From: Octopus sinensis
Taxonomy: Eukaryota
Reading direction: 5' to 3'
Length of the DNA: 64,000 bases
Assembly: GCF_006345805.1 (NCBI RefSeq)
Contig: NC_043025.1
Span: 1,612,001-1,676,000 of the forward strand
The position numbers were made by a program, and so were the translations under genes. Positions 1 to 14,222 of this stretch are shown piece after piece (position 1 is the first letter of the stretch; the number at the start of each line of letters is the position of its first letter). Under the pieces are notes generated by a model. It had not been told where the DNA came from, ran no database searches, and was given only the letters and a program-made list of their open reading frames with translations.

Positions 1-314
1 GTAGATATCTGCGTTAGCAAGAACTACGGCAACAATAAAAACAACAACAGCCTATCAATAAACTTAATAAAAATGTAAAACAAACAAAGACATTGTCATT
101 AACTCACCTGTTTACCCCGAAGCAACAACATATTTTGCTTCTTTGTTCCAAATGATAATATTAAATCGATTGAATATTTCCAAATTATCCGTATTATCAA
201 GTGTTAACCTCGGTGGTTATTTTACGAATTTTCAATAAATTCGACATGTTTAATAGAGTTACTTTAAAGCTAATCTTTCAAGTGAAAATGAGGAATGGAA
301 CAGGTTCTCCATCA

Positions 315-427
315 TTAGATCAGGCGAGAATTAGGTGCTGTCATTTTATACCCACCAACTTGCTGCCATTCACACTTTGACTTCTCTACCCTTACTTGGA
401 GACACTTCGCCTCCAACTTTGAACACT
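315..427 (-). CDS. Terminal coding exon of the ANK-RING gene ([37 protein letters not shown])
   Basis: Acceptor atatttatttcag|AG at 428, phase 1 matching the upstream exon; TAA at 315-317. A possible internal donor (CAA|gtaagg) makes the 3' end uncertain. Confidence 0.55.
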
Positions 428-3400
428 CTGAAATAAATATTTAAAAGTTTTGCAATTTATAGTACCATCAATGGTTAACTAGTGACCACTATAGCTTTGG
501 TCAACATTTTTATACTTTCTACATTGGTATCACAACAAAACAGAGTAACCTTCCTTAATCTCTTCTTTCTAGTAAGATATTCTACATAATCTTACAATAT
601 AAGAATTATCTCATTTAATTATCACCACTTAATAACACTGCTTTTCTTAGTTTTGTCTTTGCTTTCTTATATATGTGCCAAACCAATGGCATGGCGTTCT
701 CTCATCTCTAAACTTCACTAACCAACATTCTTCTCATTTCCTGCTTAACTCCAATGACAAACAAAAGTCAATATTAACTCTGTTGTGGCAACTAATTTAT
801 CTAAACTCAGTGGATATGTTACAAAATTTCAGCAACGTCTTTAATAGAATTCTTTCAGAGCTAACCATTCTATAGGAAATTAGGAATAGAACCTGTTTAT
901 CTAAACTCAGTGGATATGTTACACAATTTCAGCAATGTCTTTAATAGAATTCTTTCAGAGCTAACCATTCTATAGCAAATTAGGAATAGAACCTGTTTAT
1001 CTAAACTCAGTGGATATGTTACAAAATTTCAGCAATGTCTTTAATAGAATTCTTTCAGAGCTAACCATTCTATAGGAAATTAGGAATAGAACCTGTTTAT
1101 CTAAACTCAGTGAATATGTTACACAATTTCAGCAATGTCTTTAATAGAATTATTTCAGAGCTAACCATTCTATAGGAAATTAGGAATAGAACCTGTTTAT
1201 CTAAACTCAGTGGATATGTTACAAAATTTCAGCAATGTCTTTAATAGAATTCTTTCAGAGCTAACCATTCTATAGGAAATTAGGAATAGAACCTGTTTAT
1301 CTAAACTCAGTGGATATGTTACAAAATTTCAGCAATGTCTTTAATAGAATTATTTCAGAGCTAACCATTCTATAGGAAATTAGGAATAGAACCTGTTTAT
1401 CTAAACTCAGTGGATATTTTACAAAATTTCAGCAACGTCTTTAATAGAATTCTTTCAGAGCTAACCATTCTATAGGAAATTAGGAATAGAACCTGTTTAT
1501 CTAAACTCAGTGGATATGTTACAAAATTTCAGCAATGTCTTTAATAGAATTCTTTCAGAGCTAACCATTCTATAGGAAATTAGGAATAGAACCTGTTTAT
1601 CTAAACTCAGTGGATATGTTACAAAATTTCAGCAACGTCTTTAATAGAATTCTTTCAGAGCTAACCATTCTATAGGAAATTAGGAATAGAACCTGTTTAT
1701 CTAAACTCAGTGGATATGTTACAAAATTTCAGCAACGTCTTTAATAGAATTCTTTCAGAGCTAACCATTCTATAGGAAATTAGGAATAGAACCTGTTTAT
1801 CTAAACTCAGTGGATATGTTACAAAATTTCAGCAATGTCTTTAATAGAATTCTTTCAGAGCTAACCATTCTATAGGAAATTAGGAATAGAACCTGTTTAT
1901 CTAAACTCAGTGGATATGTTACACAATTTCAGCAATGTCTTTAATAGAATTCTTTCAGAGCTAACCATTCTATAGCAAATTAGGAATATAACCTGTTTAT
2001 CTAAACTCAGTGGATATGTTACAAAATTTCAGCAATGTCTTTAATAGAATTCTTTCAGAGCTAACCATTCTATAGGAAATTAGGAATAGAACCTGTTTAT
2101 CTAAACTCAGTGGATATGTTACAAAATTTCAGCAATGTCTTTAATAGAATTCTTTCAGAGCTAACCATTCTATAGGAAATTAGGAATAGAACCTGTTTAT
2201 CTAAACTCAGTGAATATGTTACACAATTTCAGCAATGTCTTTAATAGAATTATTTCAGAGCTAACCATTCTATAGGAAATTAGGAATAGAACCTGTTTAT
2301 CTAAACTCAGTGGATATGTTACAAAATTTCAGCAATGTCTTTAATAGAATTATAGAATTATTTCAGAGCTAACCATTCTATAGGAAATTAGGAATAGAAC
2401 CTGTTCTGACAAGCAAAACAAACTAACTCAGGTGAAGGTAAAGTTTATAGAAATGAATTAAGTACTCTTATTTTATACTCACTAGTTGGCAGTACTTTAC
2501 TTTCTGAAGGATGTGCTGGTGTCTGAACTTCCTTGTTCTCTGATTTTGGAGTCACTGAAATAAATAGTTCTCTTTATAGTATAATTTTGTTATTTCTGTT
2601 AATAATTTGCTATACTGTGAAAAGTGAATGACGATGAGAATGGGAGGGAGCAGCAGATCTTGTCGGATGCGAATGTCTCTTTTGAATAGCAACAAGGGAG
2701 AAGCTTGAGATGACAATATGGTGTGAGGAATGTAAGCTGATACATCTTGTTGAATTAACTGTTCCACATGAAGGTGATTTAGATGCAGCCGAGGTTGGGA
2801 AAGATGAGAGTTATAAAACACTACTAGAAGACTGTACAGCCCCTGGCTGGAGTGCAGTACACAATTCCCTGATTGAGTTCGTTGTAAGGGTTTTATGAGG
2901 ACCAGACTGAGATGGTGGTTGCTACCAATTGTTGTCTAACATAGGTAAGCAAACACTATCTTGAAGAAGATACAGATTGTAATTGAAAGGACCAGCCATT
3001 GAATGTAGCTGAAAAAGAATGATAAAACCTGGTTGGAAAGATGATGATCCCAAAATGGTCTTGCTGTTCAGTGCTAGTCAGTTGAAAAAATAGGCGCGGG
3101 TCTTGCATCAGTGAAGGATGCCAGAACTCTGTAAAACCATCGAAAGGAAGGCCCCGAGATAATGTGCATTCTATCCCAACAAACCCTGGCAGCCAGTATG
3201 TTGAGGTTTTGACTGACCGTACTCGAAGTACCAATCTATTTCCAAGTCTCTGATCGCTGAATATTTTCGTCCACCACAAAATAAACTGACCTTCCTAAAC
3301 CTCATCTCTACGAAGACATTATTCATAATCCAAACAATGCAGATCATCTCATTTAATCATCGCCAATTCATAACCCTGCTTTTGCCTTTCTTTTGTTATA

Positions 3401-6400
3401 TCTTTTCCAAATCTATGATGTGTGATTGTCCTCTCACCTCTAGACTTCATTAACCAACATTCTTCTCATTTTCTGCTTCATTCCAATGTCAACCAAGTTG
3501 GTCATCAAAGATCTAACCACAAACAGGTGGCACGCTGCTTCATATAGGATAAACACACACCTGATCTCTTTGTCAAATGTTGCCGGTGGTAACCTTTAAT
3601 TTCAACTGCCCCACATCACAGTTCACCAGAATGTTCTCTGATTCTAGAAATATTTGAAGACATTTGGAGATCATTCATCCCCCTTAATAATTCTACACAT
3701 TAGGAGCAGAAAATGATGACGGGTGGCTTAAAAGGCTTCAGTACACATGCACGAAACATCATCAACCACATATAACTGTTCATCCACGCATTGTTGCAGT
3801 GATAATATCTGAAATGTCTACGGAAGAGCTGATACTCAAGAATAGAGGTTATCTCTATCAAATTTCATGTAAATATCAAGCAAAATTTCCCACCCCTTGA
3901 AGTCCCTTACATCAATGAGGCGAGTTTCAATAGGATGAAAATCTAGTTACTAGGAAATTTTAGTAAAAGTTGCTAAAATAGGCATAGGAGTGGCTATGTG
4001 GTAAGTAGCTTGCTTACGAACCACATCGTTCCGGGTTCAGTCCCACTGCGTGACACCTTGAGCAAGTGACTTCTACTATAGCCTCGGGCCGACCAAAGCC
4101 TTGTGAGTGGATTTGGTAGACAGAAACTGAAAGAAGCCCGTCGTATATATGTATATATATATGTGTATGTTTGTGTGTCAGTGTTTGTCTCCCAACATTG
4201 CTTGACAACGGATGCTGGTGTGTTTACGTCCCCGTAACTTAGCAGTTCGGCAAAAGAGCTGATAGAATAAGTACTAGGCTTACAAAGAATAAGTCCTGAG
4301 GTCGATTTCTTCGACTAAAGTTGGTGCTCCAGCATGGCCGCAGTCAAAAGGCTGAAACAAGTAAAAGAGTAAGCGGCAGCAGATGTGTGCAAGAGTGAGG
4401 ACTGCACTGGTATGGTTATGCGATGTGGGTGGATGAGGACAGCCGCATAAAGAAGTGCCGATCTCTAAATGTGGAAGGACGAGGAAAACCCGGGAAAGGC
4501 GTAGCGCAAAGTGGTGAGAAATGATCCTTATATACTGAGCCTTACAGAGGAAATGGCAAAGGATCAAGACAATTGGTGATTTGCTTGGTAAGCCCTGTTT
4601 ATCTCAGTAAACTCGATGGCATAAAGACATCTCTTTTAGGCTTATGCCCACCCCTTGCACACAATATGTCCCCATTAAATCTATTCCCCACAGCCTATCC
4701 TTACAATATCCCTTCCCTCCTCTACCTCTGCCACTCATTATATTCCTTTCGCAACCTCCTAAACTCATCCACACCCCATCACCGATCCCCACTCCACTCA
4801 TCTTTATACTTCCCCATCTTTTCTCACTCCTCTTTATCACTGCTCCCTCTCTCCTCTTTATCACTCTTCTCTCCCTCTCTCTCCCCTATATCACTCCTCT
4901 CTCTCCCTCTCTCTATCACTCCTCCGTCACTCGCTATCTGTCTTTCTCTCTCTGCTCTCCCCACCAGAAGCAGCCATATTTCCCCTCTTAACGCAAAACT
5001 TTTTATTGAGTCCCTTAATTCTGCTCCCCACCTCAGTTGAGAGATCTTGTTCTGGAAATTAGTTAGCGACTTCATTGTTATTGGTGCTGTTTTAAAAGTA
5101 GCCACTACACTCTGTGAAATAATGAATTACTAATCACCTCTAGTCACCCACAATTCACTGTAAAAACTTTGTTTGTTCCTTCTCGAGCAATGCCTGGCTC
5201 ATAAGGGCCGGTTTCCCGGTATGCTTGGCGTATAGGTTTCCCACCTGGACGGGACGCCAGTCCGTGGCAGGTGAGCTGCAAGATGCAGGAGGAAAGAGTG
5301 AGAGAAAGTTGTGGCGAAAGAGCCAGCAGAAGTTTCGCCATTCCCTTCTGCTGGAGCCGCGTAGAGCTTAGGTGTTTCGCTCATAAACACATACATCGCC
5401 CGGTCTGAGATTCGAACGCGCGATCCCTTAACCGCGAGTCCGCTGCTCTAACCACCAGGCCATGTACCTCCACACTGTAAAAACTTGATATTTACTGAAA
5501 GAACTCTGGAGTTTTATTAATATGTCTATTAGTCACCGTTTAACTTGCAATATCCCTCATTAGTCTTATCTTGCAGACAGTGGCAAGCCTTGTATTTGGA
5601 TGAAGACAAAGTTTGGTGAATGAGGTGATTGATAAAGTATCAATAAGGAAAGATACCTGGAAAACTTTTTATCATAAATCTGCTACATTTATGACAGGTG
5701 TGACTCTACATAGTAACGCGAAATACATTATTCAACAGCATAAAGTCAATGAGATAAACAGACAGATCATCAAATAGTATTCTTACCGAATCCGCTTTTC
5801 TCAACTATAATCTGTTGACACTTTGGACAAGTTTTACGCTGAATTTTTAAACAGCAATCTTTGCATGTAACGGTGTGTCCACATGGTTGGAACTTCACTG
5901 TAGGTTCGTTAACTTCACACAGCAGACATCTGTGGAACAAGACATAAACACATCCCACGGATAACATTAGTTTATAACAAGTATTGCATTGAGTACATGT
6001 TTAGAGTACAGAATATTATGAGACCCTACAAAGACCAATAAGAGTACATAAAAATATTTTCTTTAAATAATTACATAAATGCAGATTTGTGGTATGACTG
6101 CTACACATATTCGTGTAGCATTCACATACATGTTAAATATGTGTCTTGACTCTGGGACATCACAAAAATTGCTCCATACATTCCAGAAATATTTTCCATT
6201 CTAGTAGAGAGCTAATTTCTTCTGAACAAAACTTAACCTGTTTAACAAGTTCTCTATATTTAGACATTTAATTTTGAATTGCATGGATGGACAGTCAGGA
6301 TACGAACAGTATGTAACAAAATAAGTCACAGTTATAAAACAGAATAATACCCTGAGAATCATGTCTGACATATATGTACAAAACCAGAGAAATCTTTTGA

Positions 6401-9400
6401 GAATTGATGTGTTGAATGCAATAAATGTCATGCTTTGATCTGCCTTAAATGTACCACGAACCGCCTGATGGTCCCAGTCCAACAAAAGGTACACAATGGT
6501 TCTATGATGGATGGAATATAGGAAATGGTCCAACTACCAAAGTGGTCCTTTTATTGCCTGACCTGTGTGTCTTTTCCAACTAGTACTGTCAAACAAAACA
6601 ACCCACCCATAAGGAAATTGCAGATATTCGATAAATGATCTCTGAATTGAGCATCGAAATGACATATATTAAAGCAAAAATCTTTACCGGATCACACAAT
6701 GAAGGATCATATCAGAAAACACTGCTTCCAAACCTGTCTCTAGTTATGGCTGAATCCAGGTTTAAAAAAGAAAGCTCTGCTATCTGCCATGGATGATGTA
6801 GCTGTTCTTGGTGTATCTGAAGAAATCATTGCTCTACATCTCACAATTTGTCCACTTGTCCATGTGAAAGTGACTGATTTGGACAGAGGAGACACAGAAA
6901 AAATGTCGGTAGACAGATAAATTCTAGTTACTTCCAAGTAACAATTTCAAAATGTGTTTATTCGTTTCATTATTAAGTACTACATATTCCTGGTGGTCCC
7001 AGAACTTTAAAATAAGGATTTGAGAGACGTAGATGAGGGAGTCAGTGAGGTATATAGCTATCAACACAGCCAATCATGTTAATGAAAATAGATGTCCTTC
7101 GATCCCCTAACAACAGCATTTTCTGTTAATTGTTCTTCTTACTGTTGCTGGATGGCCTTTGGTCAAGATGCTAGCCACAGTATAACGTACTGATAGAACT
7201 AAACCTAAACAAAACAAACATAAAAACATAATTATATACAAAATAAAAATGAACCAGTTTATCTTTTCAATGTCAGAGAATACTTACAGCGATGGTAAAA
7301 GCGTTTTCATTTTCTGCTTTAAAACTGGATTTTCGATGAGATCCAGTGGGGTCTCATCACCTTTGTTTTTATGGTGAAAGTGTCCTCCAGAATAGGCTAG
7401 ATACATAGCAACGATTGTGCCAGATCGCCTCTCTTTTTTGCTCAAATTAAGCATATTGTAGAACTACAAATGATGAAATATAAAACGATGAGTACAATGT
7501 TACTCAAATACACATCATTGATGCCCCAAATTACACAACAATTCGCCTCCATCTACACATACTTTGCACATCCAGTGATTAAACTCATTACACAGTATTG
7601 AGTTCCTACATCACATCAAGTTAAGTCTATTTGTCATTTCCATTTGTTCTTACTCTGTTTTCTACAGTAAAACAATATTTTAAATACGACAATATTTTAT
7701 AAACAAACTGTAGAAATGTCGAACGTATTTGGTATTCTACACACAAGAAAGTAAATTTCGAATGCAGTAAAGCTCTAACAATTACAAAGAAAGATTGGGT
7801 GTTTTACCCTGCCACCTGCTGGCAAATGTGTTCCATCTTATAAGGGCAAATAACCAATCTTTCTTTGCTGTTCCTACAGCTTTACTACATTCGGAATTTA
7901 TTTTCTTGTCTGAAAAAAAAACCAAAACTTTAAATATATGGCTATTATATTGAACAGAACAAAACGTATTAACACCAACTTTACACGTATTTAATGAATA
8001 AATATCTATTTGTCAGTCACAAATATCACAAAATATTCGATAAAAAACAATATGAAACAAAATCAAAGCATCAAAACATAATCAAAATCAAAATCAAACC
8101 ATAAGAAATATAGCGGAACAAGTATCACTATCATAAAGCACAATATGCTTTCACGTGATTTGAGGGAGAGGAGGGAGAAGAGGGAGAAAGAAATGAGTGA
8201 GAAAGAAAAAGGAGAGAGAGAGAGAGAGAAAAGGAGGAGGTAGAGAAAAAGGAGGGACAGAGCGAAAAAAAGGAGAAATAGAAAAAGAGTGAGAGGTAAG
8301 CGTCCATGACATGAGGTAGAGGGAATGTAATTGTAACGCTTTCAAGTGATTAGTTGAAGGGAAAGAGAAGAGAAAGAACAATGAGAGAGAAAAGGAGGAT
8401 AAGGTGGAGAGTGAGACAGAAGGGGGAGAAAGAAAAGGAGAGAGAGAGAAAAAAAGGGGAGAGAGAAGCGTCCATGACAGGAGGTGGGGGTAAAGTAATA
8501 ATCTTAGCAGAGGGGTGATGTTCTGATGGTGAGGTTAAAGGGAGGGAGAGAGGAGAGAGAGAATAGCGGGGGAAGGGAAAAAGAGATGAGAGAGAGATGG
8601 ATGTGAATAGAGACATGACAAGCAATGTCTGTCTGTCTGTTTGTCTCTCTCTCATATATTTATAAACGAGTTTAAGACTTACCTTATCTAAAATCTCTAC
8701 GGTCTCGTCCTCAGAATGAAATACCCCTTTCTTCACAGCAAGGTGTAGGCAGTTATTATTATCTGCATCAACCGCCTTTATATCAGCTTTATGTAACACT
8801 AGCTTGTGGGTCATTCCGAGGTGACCCTCGGAGACAGCTAGAAGCAAGGGTGTCATTTTGTTGCAGTTCTTGATATCCAATTCCACTTGACTCTTTATAG
8901 AAATAAAAAAAAAACAAAGAATGAAAAGTTGCATAAAAATCGGGGTAGATATCAAGGTATCGTTTGTGTCTTCTACTGGGGACTTGATTAAACTGATCGT
9001 GTACATTTGATGTTTGTCAGTGAAGTTGTCCTTCCATATTGTCCCTCTATAACTTGCTATGGGTGTGTGTTAGAGACATGATAAATCTATTAAGATGTCA
9101 TGAACAGATTGGTTCAGCCTAATCTGCTTTTATCCCTCGCAATAATAAGCTTTAGGTGAGTTGAAATAGACTGAACACAGGATTAGCAGATTAAGTCTAG
9201 TAAAGAAGAATTATAATTTCTAACGAATTCTTTTGATGTTGCTGTTGAGCGAACGGTCTTCGTCCCAGAGCTCGCAAGATGGGAGAAGTCCGAAACGTGG
9301 TCCTTTGCTTTTCGTAAGACCCGCAAAAGAGAAAGCAGGTCAACCCCCGACACCGAGAGCATCGACGGATGGATGAACGCGCATCCAGGCTCAGCGGTTG

Positions 9401-11108
9401 CGTAGGAGGTCGAGGACAGCAAACAGGAAGAAAGAGTGAGAGAAAGTTGGAGCGAAAGAGTACAGGAGGGGTCGCCACCACCCCAGACCATCAGATGTTG
9501 TTACACACCGCTGGTCACAATGTGTTCGCATTGTTTTAGCCTTCGAATGACGCCACCCCGCTGGCTAAGCGAGCAGGCCAATAGAAGAAAGAGTGGGAGC
9601 AAGAGTGGTGAAAGAGTACAGCAGGGATCACCACCACCCCCTGCCGGAGCCTCGTGGAGCTTTAGGTGTTTTCGCTCAATAAACACACACAACGACCGGT
9701 CTGGGAATCGAAACCGCGATCCTCCGACCGCGAGTCCGCTGCCCTAACCACTGGGCCATTGCGCCTCCTGATGTTGCTGTATTAACAAGGGTTTCATAAA
9801 ACAGCCGGGTTTATTAGTATTCAACGTTAGAACACTAATGTATACTACATAGTGCATATAATATGTATATGTGGACTAACCTGGGCCAGCATCAAAGCCA
9901 CCACATCGTAGTGTTGTCTGAAAGTTATAGAAATTGCAAATTACTGGGACATTAATTAATGGAAACAAAAGTAATTAGATCACTAAAGCCTAATGCATCA
10001 ATAATTATATATATATATATATACAAACGCATACATACATACATTAATACATACATACATACATACATACATACATACATACATACATACATTAATACAT
10101 ACATACATACATACATACATACATACATACATACATTAATACATACATACATACATACATACATACATTAATACATACATACATACATACATTAATACAT
10201 ACATACATACATACATACATACATCCATACATACATACACACATACACACATACATACATGCATGCATACATACATACATATCCAGTTAATATACTCTCC
10301 ACAATTGAACAACGGTATACATATATAAACCTATTTCTTTATTACCCACAAGGGGCTAAACACAGAGGGGACAAACAAGGACAGACATAGGTATTAAGTC
10401 GATTCCATTGACCCCAGTGCGTAACTGGTACTTAATTTATCGACCCCGAAAGGATGAAAGGCAAAGGCAACATCGCGGAATTTGAACTCAGAACGTAACG
10501 CAGACGAAATACCGCTAAGCATTTCGCCCGGCGTGCTAACGTTTCTGCCAGCTCGCCGCCTTACATATATAAACCGGTGATTGTCGTACGCTGATGACGG
10601 GTGAAGACCCAGAAACTGCAGTCCGTGCGTATCACTTAGGTTGACGAGGGAACGATGACCTCCCTTTGCAAATACCGATAGGGCACAGAGAGTGTGCCTA
10701 TAGCCAGCTGGAGGAGATATTCTCCTGGGGCTACAGGCTGCAGTAACACCCACCCTTGGTGGTTAGCCATATTGAGATGGCAAATATACCTCACATTGTC
10801 GTGCAGTTATTGTTTATACCTCGTTCAGAGATTTATTATATATATATATATATATATATATCAATAATACAGTGATTGTTTCCTATCAGGAACAAAGTGT
10901 TTAATATGATTACTATAGAAGTGCTCAATTGAAAGAGAGAAATATATCAAGCTAAGGTTATTGAACAAACAAATGCAAGGTCATCCAGATAACATTTCAT
11001 AACTCGAACATTTAATCATAGAATATACATTCCGTGATGTTTAAATGTTCGTGTTATGAAATGCTATGTGGATGACCTTGCATTTGTTTGTTCTATAACC
11101 TTAGCTTG

Positions 11109-11155
<47 letters not shown>

Positions 11156-12670
11156 TATGTATGTATGTATATGTATATATATATATACACCTGAGTAAAT
11201 ACATATTTACAGTACAATGATCAAATGATCAACTATTACATAGGTACAAGGTCTGAAATCTAGGGGTGGAGAAGAGGGTACAGTTATTGTATGGACTTCA
11301 GAGCGTAACTGGTATTGCCTTTTCATCAACTTCGCAAGAATGAAAGGACAAGTTGACGTCAGCAGGATTTGAACCCAGAATATAAAGGGCCTCAGATACT
11401 GCAAGGTATTTTGTTCAACACTATTAAGACATAAGAACAGGAGAGAGGGGGAATAGTTAATCAAACTGAAACCCTAGATATTACTGGAATACATTGTATC
11501 GACCCTAGGGTGACAATAAATTCTCTGGTAGGATTTGAACTGTCATCCTAAAGAAACAAACCTAAATATTGGAATGAGACGATCCTGTATTTAGTCCAGG
11601 GTCAGAGGAAAGAAGGACAGTAAAAGAGGGAGAGAGGGGGAGAGAGAGAAAGAGAAAGAGGGGGAGGGGAAGAGGGGGGGTTTCGATGGAGTGAAATGAA
11701 AACAGACAGGACTTGAACCTGTAACATCGAGATAACGGAGGATGAAATAAGGTAAAGAATCTAGTCAGATACCTACAACAGCATATATGGTAATGATTAA
11801 TTAACGAAGTAGATTACAGTGTCATTGCAGTGTGAAAGAGAGAAGTCGGCGGACGAGCCACGGTGGGAGAATGACAAAAGTGAATCAATGAAAAACTTTG
11901 AAAACATAAAAGAGATTTGGATAATCCAGATTCAAGGGAACCTACTTTAGAACTGCCAGGTGTAGAGGTGTGTTGCCCTCTATATTCCTTAGATTAACAT
12001 CAGGATTAGATTTCAGAAGTTGTTGAACAGCTTGTTTGTGTCCACTGCGACAGGCCCAGTGTAAAGGTGTGTTACCATATTTAATATCTTTCGCATTGAC
12101 TTTAAGTTCAGGTATTTGAAGTTCTTTAATAATATTTTCGTATCCAAGTCCACAGGCCACATGTAGAGCTGTAACAGCGTCTGAATCCACAGCATTGACA
12201 TCAGCTTTAGTTAAGGAAGTTTTTGAACAGCACTTGCTCGACCATAGGAGCTGTTGAACAACTTCAAGATGTCCACTATCACAGGCCCAGTGTAGAGGTG
12301 TGTAGTGATATATATCTTTCTTATTGACGTCGGCACCAAACAGCAAGAGTTGTTCAACAATGTCTTTAAATCCCCAACTGCAGGCCCAGTGTAGCGGCGT
12401 GTTATTATGTTTATTCTCCAGATTAACATCAGGTTTATACAAGAGAAGTTGTTGAATGACTTCTGTGTTACCCCTGTGACAAGCCAGAAGTAGAGGTGTG
12501 TCACCGTTCACGTTTTGTTTATTGATCTGAAAAGCAATAAAAATATTAAAAATATCGTCTAGAAAAGAAGATACAAGAATTAAAAACACAGAAAGAGAAA
12601 GGTCCCTCTAAACATCACATGAAATATGTAAATATTTCCTATATATATATATGTGTGTGTGTGTGTGTAA

Positions 12671-12716
<46 letters not shown>

Positions 12717-12730
12717 GTGTGTATGTATGT

Positions 12731-12799
<69 letters not shown>

Positions 12800-12814
12800 A
12801 TATATATCTATATA

Positions 12815-12846
<32 letters not shown>

Positions 12847-14163
12847 GGGAGAGTTTACGAAAAAAACAAAAGACGAAGACAGGTGGTGTACAAAACAAAC
12901 AGATGTATTAGTATAACGCTCAGGAATAGAAAAAGCATTTTACGTTTCGTGCCTACGCTCTTCTACAGAAAGGGACACAGAAAAAACAAGGAGAGAAACA
13001 AGAAGAGCAAAAAATGTGTGTGTAGTGGCTGACGATCTATATATATATATACACTAGGTATGAATGAGATAGTATGTAAGATCACACCTGCATCAGAAGC
13101 AGTGTTCACGTCCAGAGGCAACACGACACATCACCTCGAAGGCCAATCCAACATTGAGGATGTCATATATAAGAAGGAGGTGACGTCAAAACCCCAGTGG
13201 CGTAAAAACGCGCAGAAATCTGCGGGTATGATAGAAGATCTTTTCAGCACCAAATTGAACAACCGCAAACCCTTCTTTCATATTGAATACAAGTGAAATA
13301 TCTTGTCTAGGGGTATATATATATTTCTTTATTGCCCATAAGGGGATAAACACAGAGGGGACAAACAAGGACAGACAAATGGATTAAGTCAATTATATCG
13401 ACCCCAGTGCATAACTGGTACTTACTTAATCGACACTGAAAGGATAAAAGGCAAAGCTGATCTCGGCGGAATTTGAACTCAGAACGTAGCGGCAGACGAA
13501 ATACCGCTAAGCATTTCGCCCGGCGCGCTAACGTGTCTGCCAGCTCGCCGCCTTTGTCTAGGCGTATATAGTCTTTAATGAAATGTTCCCTGGATTAGAA
13601 CATTAACTGGGGTGTCCTGGAGAGGGGCAAGTCATGCTTCAATAGTAAGAAGAGGTTCAGGCTCCATTTAGCAGTGAATCAAACGATATACATGAATTGT
13701 TTTGACCCTGACATCTTTCTAAACTGTAAAAGTTAAGTTTTTCTTTCATGTCCACGTGAAAGATGATAATATTGAATTGGGACCTACAGATTGTATTATG
13801 TTTGAAAAGAATAGAACTTCCCCAATCCCAGCCTAAGGGATCAGCGCAGTGGTGACGGCACCCATCTTTACACGCGCCACCTGTCTATCCGCAGATGAAC
13901 TCAGAACTAGCAGCCTAACCTCATCCCTTCTGCCAAACATCACCACCCACCCTGCACCCATACTAACCCTATAAACCGGATGTGACAGTTGCTGACCTCC
14001 ATCTAAAGGGAGTCGTCATCATACATTTTATAACAACCCCTTCTGAAGATTCCCAGATTAAGTAATCAGCTTTGTCTAAATTTGTGTGGAGAACTAATTG
14101 GCAAAACGCGGGGATATAAATCTACAGTATTATATAGTATAGCGATTAATGTGTGTGTGTGTA

Positions 14164-14222
<59 letters not shown>

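Noticed and set aside
100-300. Strong minus-strand donor cag|gtgagt at 107 as an extra coding exon
   Set aside because: No recognisable peptide in any frame; it could be a UTR exon or a neighbouring gene, which cannot be resolved at the window edge.
796-2405. 100-bp array as a CRISPR array or coding repeat
   Set aside because: No unique spacers, eukaryotic context, unit length not a multiple of 3, stops in every unit.
6201-6937. ORFs of 110 and 65 aa in the intron between the linker and RING exons
   Set aside because: No recognisable domain; the flanking exons already join in phase.
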